From an uncultured Thermoleophilia bacterium (GTDB lineage: Bacteria > Actinomycetota > Thermoleophilia > UBA2241), in assembly GCA_963715985.1 (NCBI GenBank), contig CAVQSP010000014.1:736001-800000 (forward strand): a stretch of DNA of 64,000 nucleotides. The letters run 5' to 3'. Shown here in pieces: positions 55,109 to 64,000 of the stretch. The position numbers were made by a program, and so were the translations under genes. The notes under the pieces were generated by a model. That model did not search any database, was not told the DNA's origin, and was given only the letters and a program-made list of their open reading frames with translations. Numbering within the stretch: position 1 is the stretch's first letter; the number at the start of each line of letters is the position of its first letter.

Positions 55109-56286
55109 GCGCGAGGCGCACCGTAGCCGTCTTCACGGGCAACCGTGCCGAGTACGGCCTTCAGTTCCCAATTCTGCGCGCCATCGCCGCCGACCCGCGC
55201 CTCGAGTACTTGCTGGTCGCCGCCGGGTCGCATCTGGAGGAGGATTTCGGTGGCACGCTCGAGGAGATCGAGGCCGACGGCTTCCAGGTGCACGCGCGCA
55301 TCCAGATGAGGATGGGCCACGACACGCTTGTGGCGACGGCCCGGGCGATCGGCAGCGGCATCCTCAGTCTTGGCCCCGCCCTGGAGCGCCTCAGGCCAGA
55401 CTGGCTTCTGGTGTACGGCGACCGCTACGAGAGCCTGGCCGCAATGATCGCGGGGACGCAGATGGGCATCCCCACGGCACACGTCGAAGGCGGCGACTAC
55501 ACCGAAGGTGGGGCACTGGACGATTCGGTGCGCCACGCGATGACCAAGCTCGCCCACGTTCACTTCCCCACAAACGACGCAGCGGCGGAGCGGATCCTCC
55601 GGCTCGGCGAGGAGCCCTGGCGTGTGCACACCGTCGGCTTGCCCTCACTCGACCTCGTCGTGGCAGGTCAGTACGCAGAGCCGGATGAGGTGGCCATGGA
55701 GCTGGGGCTGGATGCCGAGCGGCCTGTCGTCCTCTTCTGCCAGCACTCCGTCGCCACCGAGGCAGAGAAGGCGGCGGCACAAGTCAGCCCGTCGCTCGAG
55801 GCGCTGGAAGCGCTGGCGCTGCAAGGCGTGCAAGTCATCCTCACGTACCCCAACAGTGACGCCGGCGGACGGCGCATGATCGAGCAGATCGAACAGCGCA
55901 GCGAGTGTGACGGCATACGCATCGTGAAGAGCCTCGGGCGGCGGCGTTTTCTCGGCGTTCTCGATCTCATTGGACGTCACGGCCGTGGCGCCTTTGTCGG
56001 GAACTCCTCCGCGGGCATCAAAGAGACGCCTATCTTCGGCTGCCCGGTCGTGAACGTCGGCCCCAGGCAACGCGGGAGACTCCGTGGAGAGAACGTCCTC
56101 GACGTGCCCTACGACGCGGTCGCCATCGTGGCCGCGACGATGCGCTGCATCGAGGATGACGGGTTCCGCGCCCGCTGTCGGATGGGCGCAACCCGTACGG
56201 CGCCGGCGACGCCGACCGAGAATCGCAGAGGTTCTTGCGACCACTGATCTCGGCACGCGCCTTCTACGAAGCGGATGACGTACTGA
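55105..56286 (+). CDS. Hydrolysing NDP-HexNAc 2-epimerase (NeuC/LegG family); frameshift near 56190
   Basis: TGNRAEYG, GDRYE, HVEGGD, DDSVRHAMTKLAH, GNSSAGIKE, GPRQRGR. Confidence 0.9.
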
Positions 56287-56291
56287 CCGCC

Positions 56292-57313
56292 ATGAGAGCC
56301 AAGAAGCAGGCCAAGATCTTCGCACGACAGCGCGTCGCCCTCGAAAGCGTGATCCCGTTGGCGACCCCGTTCTCGGTCGAAATCGACGTCTGCAGCGCGT
56401 GCAACTTCAGCTGTGCGTTCTGCTTTCAGGCTGACAAGGCGGAGATACGCAGGTCAGGGGTGCCTCTCGGTCGCATGGACATCAGCCTGTTCCGGAAGAT
56501 CATCGACGACCTTCGCCGCTTCCCCGACCCCGTGAAGAAGGTGAGGCTGTTCGAGTTCGGCGAGCCGTTGCTGCACCCTCAGCTGCCGAAGATGGTCAAG
56601 ATCGTGAGAGAGGCCGGGATCACCGATCACGTCGAAATCACGACCAACGGCGCTCTGCTCTCCGAGGCCCTCAACCTGCAGCTCCTAGAGGCCGGCCTTT
56701 CCCAAGTCAACATCTCGGTCAGCGGAGTCACCGAGGAGAAGTACTGGGAGGTCTCCCGACACCGCATTCAATGAGGGACTTCGTGGCCACCATCGGGCAC
56801 TTGTACGCGCACAGGAAGGGCTGCCACATCTACATTAAGCTGGCCGACGACGGCAGCCTCTCCGAGAACGACGAGGAGCGGTTCTACGGGCTCTTCGGCG
56901 ACATATGCGACGATATCTTCGTCGAGCGACTCTCACCGATCTGGCGAGACACGGAGATCAACGAAGGCATGGAATGCGCGCGAGGGCCCTATGGTCAGGA
57001 GCTCTCGTACAAGCGAGTCTGCCCGCTCATCTTCACCCGGATGGTGGTGAACTTCGACGGCGTCGGCGTCGCCTGCTGCGTGGATTGGAAGCGGCAGTAC
57101 GTGATCGGCGACCTCACGCAGGAGTCCGCCACCGACGTGTGGAGCGGGGCCGCCCTGCGCGAACTCCAGCTCCGACATCTACGTGGTGAGCGCGAGGACC
57201 TGGCACTCTGCAGAGGCTGCACCGCACTCATGAGCTGCACGATCGACGATATCGACGACCACGCCAGCGAGCTTCTGCGCAAACTGAGCTGCGCGGACGG
57301 AGGCGACACATGA
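56292..57313 (+). CDS. Radical SAM / SPASM-twitch protein 1 (frameshift near 56770)
   Basis: CNFSCAFC, GEPLLHP, TTNG; C-terminal CPLIF..CCVDW..CRGC. Confidence 0.88.
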
Positions 57314-58308
57314 TCCGCGACCGAACGAACCGCACCGACCTCACAAAGGCGATCCCCTTGCGGACACCGCTCGTTGTGCACGTGGACACGTGCAACGTAT
57401 GCAACTTCCGCTGCAAGTTCTGCACCACCGGAGACCACGAACTCCTCGCCCGGCACGGGCGACCCAAGGGCTTCATGTCGTTCGAGCTCTTCCGCAAGAT
57501 CATCGATGACCTCTCTGCGTTCGACGACAAGGTCAAGGAACTGATCTTCCACAAGAACGGGGAGCCGTTGCTCCATGAGCGCATCGTCGACATGCTCCGA
57601 TACGCGAAGGAGAAGGATGTCGCGAAGCGGCTGACCCTGGTCACAAACGGCTCTTTGCTGACTCCCGAGCTCGCCCGGGACATCATGGCGGTGGGGCCGC
57701 ACTACATGCAGATCTCACTCGAGGCGGTTTCCGACGAGGGCTACCAGGAGATCTCCAGAGTCCACGTCGACTACGACAAGCTCGTCGGCAACGTCGCCTA
57801 CCTCTGGGCTCACAAGCATTCCGATACCACGTTGAACGTCAAGATCATGGACTGCGGCCTCTCACGTGAGGAGAAGCAGAAGTTCGACGACGACTTCGAG
57901 GGCATCTGCACGTCGCACGGCATCGAACACCCAATCAGCTACACGCAGCCCGAGATCAAGGACACCTCCCTCGGAATCATGAAGGGCACGACGCACGACA
58001 TGTTCGAGTCCACCTACAAAGAGGTCTGCACGCTGCCCTTCTACACGATGAACATCAACTTCAACGGCAAGGTGTCGGCGTGCAGCTTCGACTGGCGCCA
58101 CGGGCTCATCATGGGCAGCGCCAACGACGAGGGCCTGCGCAGCATCTGGAACGGACGCCTCTACTACGACTTCCGCGTGTCGCACCTCGAGAAGAGGCGG
58201 GACGAGCTGCCTCTGTGCGCGGGCTGTGAGGCGGTCTTCAACCTGATCGACAGCATCGATGACGCCGCCGACGACCTTCTGCTGCGACTTCGCGCGGGCT
58301 CAGGGTGA
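57310..58308 (+). CDS. Radical SAM / SPASM-twitch protein 2
   Basis: CNFRCKFC, GEPLLH, VTNG; C-terminal CTLPF..CSFDW..CAGC. Confidence 0.9.
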   Translation: MIRDRTNRTDLTKAIPLRTPLVVHVDTCNVCNFRCKFCTTGDHELLARHGRPKGFMSFELFRKIIDDLSAFDDKVKELIFHKNGEPLLHERIVDMLRYAKEKDVAKRLTLVTNGSLLTPELARDIMAVGPHYMQISLEAVSDEGYQEISRVHVDYDKLVGNVAYLWAHKHSDTTLNVKIMDCGLSREEKQKFDDDFEGICTSHGIEHPISYTQPEIKDTSLGIMKGTTHDMFESTYKEVCTLPFYTMNINFNGKVSACSFDWRHGLIMGSANDEGLRSIWNGRLYYDFRVSHLEKRRDELPLCAGCEAVFNLIDSIDDAADDLLLRLRAGSG

Positions 58309-59435
58309 CCGACCTCGACGACGTGCTCGCGCTCTGCCCCGTGTCCGATTCGGAACAGCTGCGCGTCCTTGGAGACACGGTCGGCCTCCGAACGCTTCGC
58401 GACCTCTCCGGCGCGGTGGTGTTCGGCACAGGCGCCCTCGGCGTCGCCACGGCGGGTTCGCTTCGAGACCTGGGCCTGCAGCCCTCGGCATTCTCCGACA
58501 ACGATGCCTTGCAGTGGGGTCGAAAGCTGAACGGCCTGTATGTGATCCCTCCGGCCGATCTTCGCGCCGACATCCCCATCGTCATCGCTTCGAAATACGT
58601 GAAGGACATCGAGGCCGGCCTTACGGCCGCCGGCCACACCGGCCTGGTCCCGCACTACGTGCTGTCTCTCCTGTTTCCAGACGCATTCCGAAATGCGTTT
58701 CACGTGCTGTCGGCGGAGACGATCGCGGCGGCCAGCGAAGACATCGCCAAGGTGAGCACGAACCTCGCGGATCTGGGCTCTCGCGAGCTCTTCGCGCAAC
58801 TGCTGAGGTTCAGGATCACACTGGCGCCCGCCGACCTGCCGAATCCAACGCCCGATCAGTACTTCCCTCCGGACATCTGGCACCTGAGCGCGGCTGAGAC
58901 CTATGTGGACGCCGGCGCCTGCGGCGGCGACACGCTCGCCGAATTCCTGAGGCGTTCAAACGGAGTGTTCGCCAAGTACTACGCGTTCGAGCCGGACTCT
59001 CTTAATCTGGAGAAGCTGCGGCGGTACGCAAGCGAGCTGTCGGACCCGCGCATCGTCGTCCTTCCCTACGGGGTCGGCGACCGCCACGAACTCGTGACCT
59101 TCCTTGGTGGCAAGGGAGGCGAATCACGCATCGTGCTAGACGGCCCCATGGCCGTCGAGCTCGTCACGCTGGACAGTGCGCTGGGCGGCGAGCCTGTGAC
59201 GGCGGTCAAGATCGACGTGGAAGGCTACGAGAGAGAGGTCATCCGCGGCGCGCGCACGGTGCTTGCCGAGCGCTCCCCGAAGCTCGCGGTGAGCGTCTAC
59301 CATCACCTTGAGGACCTCTGGGAGATCCCGGCCCTCGTGAGGGCGTGCCACGCCGGCTACGCTCACTACATCCGGCATCACACCCATGAGATCTACGACA
59401 CTGTTCTCTACTGTGTCCCCCCCGTAGTCTCATGA
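58305..59435 (+). CDS. FkbM family methyltransferase
   Basis: YVDAGACGGDT, AFEPD, KIDVEGYE, PKLAVSVYH. Confidence 0.88.
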   Translation: MTDLDDVLALCPVSDSEQLRVLGDTVGLRTLRDLSGAVVFGTGALGVATAGSLRDLGLQPSAFSDNDALQWGRKLNGLYVIPPADLRADIPIVIASKYVKDIEAGLTAAGHTGLVPHYVLSLLFPDAFRNAFHVLSAETIAAASEDIAKVSTNLADLGSRELFAQLLRFRITLAPADLPNPTPDQYFPPDIWHLSAAETYVDAGACGGDTLAEFLRRSNGVFAKYYAFEPDSLNLEKLRRYASELSDPRIVVLPYGVGDRHELVTFLGGKGGESRIVLDGPMAVELVTLDSALGGEPVTAVKIDVEGYEREVIRGARTVLAERSPKLAVSVYHHLEDLWEIPALVRACHAGYAHYIRHHTHEIYDTVLYCVPPVVS

Positions 59436-60628
59436 CCCCCACCGCGATGGCGCGAGCCTGCGAAGTCTGTGGGTCTGCGGACAGGGACGTTCTGTTTCAC
59501 CAGCGGTTCGGCGGCGACCTAGATGGCGCACTTGTCCCAGGCTACGACGTCGCGATATGCAACGCCTGCGGCTTCGGCTACGCCGACGGGCTCCCGAGCC
59601 AGGCCGCCTTCGACGTGTACTACGAAAGGATGTCGAAGTACGAGTACGGGCAGCGAGGCGGCCGCGAGTCGGCCTTCGAAGAGCAGCGCTTTCCGGCGGC
59701 GGCCGCGTTCATCCGCGAATACGTCCGGGACACGAGCGCCCGCGTCCTGGACGTGGGGTGCTCCAACGGGGGCCTCCTCAACGCGCTGCGGACAGAGGGC
59801 TTCTCCCGGCTAATGGGGTTGGATCCCTCGCCAACCTGCGCCCGCGTCGCTGAGGAGCTCTACGGACTGCGCGTGCTCACGGGCACTCTGTCGTCCCCGC
59901 CTACCGTACTGGGGCGCCACGACGTCGTCCTCCTGAGCGCGGTGCTCGAGCACATTCGCGACCTCCGAGTCGCCCTGCGGCAGGTCGGCGGCATCCTCGA
60001 GTCGGATGGCACGCTCTACGTGGAGGTACCCGATGTGACCAGGTTCGGCGGGCACCCCGATGCGCCGTTCCAGGAGTTCAGTGTCGAGCACATCAACTAC
60101 TTCTCACCCCGCTCCTTGTGCAACCTGTTCGAGGCCAACGGCTTCGTTCGGATCGCGGCACGGACCGTCACGACCAGTCAGGGTGAGGACACGGCTGCCG
60201 ATGTGATCATGGCTGCGTTCCGAGCCAGCGACGGCGCATGCTTCCCTCCGACGCCAGACGAGGTGACAAGACCAGCCCTAGTTCGCTACATCGCCAGCTG
60301 TCGGCAGATTGAAAGGGACATCCTTGCGGCGATCATGTCGGTGGTAGAGTCCGGCACCGAGATCATCGTGTGGGGCGTCGGCACCCACACACAGCGGCTT
60401 CTGGCGGAGACTCCGCTGGGTCGCGCTCGCATCGTCGCGTTTGTCGACTCCAACCCCCGCTATCGGGGCAAGACGCTCAACGGACTCCCCGTCCTGGCGC
60501 CCACTGGGCTTCGCGGCCGCGGCGAGCCGATCCTCGTTTCCAGCCGCTCCTACCAACGTGAGATAGAGCGCCAAGTCCGCACGGACCTCCGTCTGCCGAA
60601 CGAGTTGATCCTGCTCTACAGGCTCTGA
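59432..60628 (+). CDS. SAM-dependent methyltransferase with Zn-binding N-terminus and C-methyltransferase-like C-terminus
   Basis: CEVC..CNACG, LDVGCSNG, VLEH, EVPD, EHINYFS, VWGVG, FVDSNP. Confidence 0.82.
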   Translation: MTPTAMARACEVCGSADRDVLFHQRFGGDLDGALVPGYDVAICNACGFGYADGLPSQAAFDVYYERMSKYEYGQRGGRESAFEEQRFPAAAAFIREYVRDTSARVLDVGCSNGGLLNALRTEGFSRLMGLDPSPTCARVAEELYGLRVLTGTLSSPPTVLGRHDVVLLSAVLEHIRDLRVALRQVGGILESDGTLYVEVPDVTRFGGHPDAPFQEFSVEHINYFSPRSLCNLFEANGFVRIAARTVTTSQGEDTAADVIMAAFRASDGACFPPTPDEVTRPALVRYIASCRQIERDILAAIMSVVESGTEIIVWGVGTHTQRLLAETPLGRARIVAFVDSNPRYRGKTLNGLPVLAPTGLRGRGEPILVSSRSYQREIERQVRTDLRLPNELILLYRL

Positions 60629-60647
60629 GAAGGACACCGACGCCGGC

Positions 60648-61640
60648 CTAGTGCCCGGCGGACGATCCCAGAGAAGACAGCACAGAATCCGGGCGCTCTG
60701 GACGGTCCTCGAGGTTGATCCGCTCCCTCTCGACCACGAGCGGCCGCCGATGCACCTGAGTGTGGATCGACCCGATGTACTCGCCCAAGATCCCGATGAA
60801 GAACAGCTGCACGGCGCCGAAGAAGTAGATCCCGATAAGGGCCGGCGCCAATCCCAGCTGGATATCGCTCCAGAAGAGCAGCTTGGCGATGAGATATACG
60901 AATGCGACCAAGAGGCTGAGAACGGAGAGGGCGAACCCCGACATCGTAGCGATGCGCAGAGGCACTTTTGAGTGGTTGGTGATGCCCAGCATCGCAGCAT
61001 CGTAGAGGCTGTATAGGTTGTTCTTGGTCCGCCCCTTTGTGCGCGCCGGCTGTACGTAGTCGATCTCCGCGCGTCGATACCCCAAGTCGCACACTAGACC
61101 GCGCATGTAAGGGTACTGCTCGTTCGTGATGCGGAACTGCTCAATCACCTCGCGGTCGTACAGGCCGAAGCCGGTGAAGTTGCTGACGAGCTCCACATCC
61201 GACGACAAACGCCCGATCAGCCAGTAGTAGAACGTCCGCACGCGGAACATGATGCGGGACTCCTCGCTGCCCTGCTTGATCCCTACGACGACCTTGTAGC
61301 CGTCACGCCACTTCTCAATGAAGCGCGGTATGACGTGAGGAGGGTCCTGAAGATCAGCAACGCAGCTGATGATCGCCTCACCCCCGGCCTGCAGGAACCC
61401 GTGGTAGGGCGAGCGGATGGGACCGAAGTTGCGCGTGTTGACGATCACCTTCACGCGCCGGTCCGCGGTCGCCATTTCGCGCAAGATCTCGACGGTGCGG
61501 TCCTCGGACGCGTTGTCGATGAACAGGTGCTCGTAATCGCAGTCTGGGACGGTCGCCATCACACGCTTCACCTGCTCGTAGACCTCGCGCACGTTCTCCT
61601 CTTCGTTGAAGCACGGCGTGAGCACGGTCACCACGGACAC
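60648..61640 (-). CDS. GtrB-like GT2 polyprenyl-phosphate glycosyltransferase
   Basis: PCFNEEEN, IDNASED, RNFG, ADLQDPP, two C-terminal TMs, GILGEYIG. Confidence 0.9.
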   Translation of the reverse strand: MSVVTVLTPCFNEEENVREVYEQVKRVMATVPDCDYEHLFIDNASEDRTVEILREMATADRRVKVIVNTRNFGPIRSPYHGFLQAGGEAIISCVADLQDPPHVIPRFIEKWRDGYKVVVGIKQGSEESRIMFRVRTFYYWLIGRLSSDVELVSNFTGFGLYDREVIEQFRITNEQYPYMRGLVCDLGYRRAEIDYVQPARTKGRTKNNLYSLYDAAMLGITNHSKVPLRIATMSGFALSVLSLLVAFVYLIAKLLFWSDIQLGLAPALIGIYFFGAVQLFFIGILGEYIGSIHTQVHRRPLVVERERINLEDRPERPDSVLSSLGSSAGH

Positions 61641-61679
61641 TGCGACGTCCTTTCGCTGCCTATCGGGGTCCGGACCTCG

Positions 61680-62220
61680 TCATTTCTCTGTCGGGGCGTC
61701 CGGACCTCCAGCCCGGACGTGCGACGACCGGAAGCTGAAGAACTTGTGCGCGAGGTAGCTGACCACGACCATCGCCGCGGTGAACAGCGCCTGGGTCACG
61801 TAGATGTTGAACGGCAGCACGTGAAGGAGGATGGGAAGACCGATCAGTCCGACGACGAGTGTGCCCACATAGACGAGCGAGAACCGCGGGAGCTCCCGCC
61901 AGACGCTGCCCTTGCTGCGAAAGACGACGACGCGGTAGCCGAGGTACGCGTTCAGCACGGCCGGGAACCACGCCAGCACCAGGATGAGAAGGTAGTAGAT
62001 GTACTCGTCGAAGCAGGTACTGGAACAGGGCCCAGACGAGGTAGCCGAACAGTGTGTTCCAGCCGCCGACGACGAGATACAGGAGCTGCTCTCTACGGCG
62101 CCGCGCGAGACGGACTACCGGCCCGACGGTCGGCCAGTAGCTGAGGTGCTCGAGGACGACCTCGAGACGACCCTCCGGCTGCGCCTCCTGCTCCGGCTCG
62201 TCTGCCGCCGCCACGTCCAT
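61680..62220 (-). CDS. GtrA family flippase-like protein (frameshifted)
   Basis: YLVVGGWNTLFGY, YRVVVF, SYLAHKFFSF; 4 TMs. Confidence 0.8.
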
Positions 62221-63599
62221 CACCGCGACCTCGCACAGGCCGCGTCACTTGCTCGCCGATGTACTCGAGCATCTGCGTCGCGTGAGCCCCGGATACACGC
62301 CGACCCAGAAGGCGTCGTTCATGATGCGGTCGGTGGCCGTGAGATCGCCGGCCACGCGGTAGCCGGCGTGACGGCCGACCGTCGGCCGCGCACTCGGCGC
62401 CGCGCGCGCATGGCATCGAAGCACGGCTGCCGCACCATGTTGCCGGCGAAGAGCATGCGCGTCTGGATCCTGGCCGCCTCGAGGCGCGCGACGACGGCGT
62501 CGCGCGTGAGGCCGGCGTCGCGCGCCTCCTCGGTCAGCGTCAGAAGGAGGCCGAACCAGCTCGGCTCGCTGCCCGGCGTGGCCTCCTGGGCATGGAGCAG
62601 GTGCGCGACCGGCGCGAGCAGGCGCGACAATGTCGCGTGGTGCTCGCGCCGCAGCCGCGTGAACTCGGGCAGGCGGGCGAGCTGGGCGCAGCCGACGGCG
62701 GCCTGCATCTCCGTCACCTTGAGGTTGTAGCCGAACTCGGAGAACACGTACTTGTGGTCGTAGCCGAACGGCAGCGTGCCGAACTGGTGGCTGAAGCGGT
62801 GGCCGCAGCGATCGTCCTGGCCGCTGCGGCAGATGCAGTCGCGGCCCCAGTCGCGCAGCGAGGCGAGGATCTCGGCGAGCTGGGCGTCGTCGGTGTAGAC
62901 GGCGCCGCCTTCGCCGAGCGTCATGTGGTGCGGCGGGTAGAAGCTCGAGGTGGCCACGTGGCCGAACGTGCCGGTCAGGCGGCCGCGGTAGAGCGAGCCA
63001 AGGGCGTCGCAGTTGTCCTCGATCAGCCAGAGGCCGTGCCGCTCGCAGAACGCCCGCACAGCGTCGACGTCGAACGGATTCCCGAGCGTGTGCGCGAGGA
63101 ACACGGCCTTGCTGCGCGGGCCGAGCGCTTCGTCGAGCATGCTCACGTCGACGTTGCCGGTGTCCGCGCGCACATCCACGAACACCGGCACGGCGCCGTA
63201 CTGCACGATTGGCGCCACGGTGGTGGGGAAACCGGCGGCGACTGTGATGACATCGTCGCCGCGCTGGATGCGCCTCTCCCCCAGCTTCTCAGACGTCAGC
63301 GCCATGAACGCGAGCAGGTTGGCCGACGAGCCGGAGTTCACCAACAGGCAGTGGCGTACGCCAAGGTACGCGGCCAGCTCTTCCTCGAAGCGCTCCGAGT
63401 AGCGACCGTAGGTCAGCCAGAAATCCAGAGCCGCATCTACCAGAAGGTCGAGCTCCTCGGAGCCGAAGACGCGGCCCCCGTAGGGGACCCGCGTCTCACC
63501 GGGGACGAAGGTCGCCGGTTCCCCCCATGTGGCCTGGTGATACTCCGCCACGAGGGCGCGGATCTGTGCGCGTAGCGCATCGCTCCGCGACGTGCTCAT
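62220..63599 (-). CDS. rfbH: CDP-4-keto-6-deoxyglucose 3-dehydratase (RfbH/DdhC); frameshifted near the C-terminus
   Basis: NSGSSANL, AHTLGNPF, EDNCDALG, SFYPPHHMTLGEGG (His in place of the PLP Lys), DWGRDCIC, GYDHKY. Confidence 0.9.
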
Positions 63600-64000
63600 C
63601 GTACCTGCCCCGTGCCCGCCCACGAAGCTCCAGCCTCTGCTGCGGCCGCACGGTAGCGGACGATGTCGTCGCGGCAGAGCGCCGAGAGCTGCGCCGGACC
63701 TTCGCCGGCCGCGTAGTCGGTGTACCAGCGCACGGCCGCAGTGACGGCCTGCTGGACGTTCCACGCCGGCCTCCAGCCGAGCTCCCGTTCGGCCTTGCCG
63801 GGGTCGAGCACGAGCAGGCCGGACTCGTGGGGCCGCTCCGCGACCCCCGGCGCCGGCCGCCACTCCCCCGATCCCCATTCACGCACCACGGCCTCCACGA
63901 CCTCCTGCACCGTCACGATCGCATCTGCGGAGGGGCCGAAGTTCCAGGCGCCGACGGCCGCTTCGGCGTCCGCCTCGAGCGTCACCGCCCCGGTCCACAG
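63596..64000 (-). CDS. rfbG: CDP-glucose 4,6-dehydratase, C-terminal part
   Basis: AWNFGP, PHESGLLVLDPGKAERELGWRPAW; directly upstream of rfbH with ATGA overlap. Confidence 0.8.
   Translation of the reverse strand: MWTGAVTLEADAEAAVGAWNFGPSADAIVTVQEVVEAVVREWGSGEWRPAPGVAERPHESGLLVLDPGKAERELGWRPAWNVQQAVTAAVRWYTDYAAGEGPAQLSALCRDDIVRYRAAAAEAGASWAGTGQVR

Noticed and set aside
56292-58308. Radical SAM/SPASM pair as RiPP maturases
   Set aside because: No precursor peptide, PqqD/RRE domain or peptide transporter nearby; the context is entirely sugar biosynthesis
1-64000. Dozens of frameshifts suggesting mass pseudogenisation or programmed frameshifting
   Set aside because: They are single-base indels that also hit the normally essential dxr, with conserved motifs continuing in the next frame. 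Long-read consensus error is the simplest explanation; polishing would decide.

Overview
High-GC bacterial DNA. TAGACT-type -10 boxes, leaderless starts, DsbA-VKOR and GT87 suggest an Actinomycetota lineage, but this is inference only. Many genes carry single-base frameshifts, most likely long-read errors, so several boundaries are approximate. Four blocks are visible. (1) 0-21.4 kb: a Wzx/Wzy exopolysaccharide locus (fcl, Wzc-type autokinase, priming sugar transferase, WcaI-like GT, Wzy, Wzx, GT92-like, UDP-xylose synthase, four methyltransferases, one IS630) interleaved with secreted repeat proteins. (2) 21.6-40.3 kb: a papain-family protease, a giant MofA/OmpB-like multicopper oxidase with intact Cu motifs, a type VII ABC transporter, a divergent lipoprotein paralog of the oxidase with all four Cu motifs degenerate, a NarL-type two-component system and DsbA-VKOR. 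A 34-bp motif is shared upstream of the oxidase and of the kinase. An unrecognised ~105-aa domain ends four different secreted-type proteins. (3) 40.3-49.9 kb: dxr-rseP-(epimerase)-ispG preceded by GT-C type membrane proteins. (4) 50.1-64 kb: a rare-sugar cluster (YerE-like ThDP enzyme, PtmE/NeuB/NeuC-like genes, two radical SAM/SPASM enzymes, methyltransferases) convergent with rfbG-rfbH-gtrA-gtrB. No rRNA, tRNA or CRISPR array was seen.
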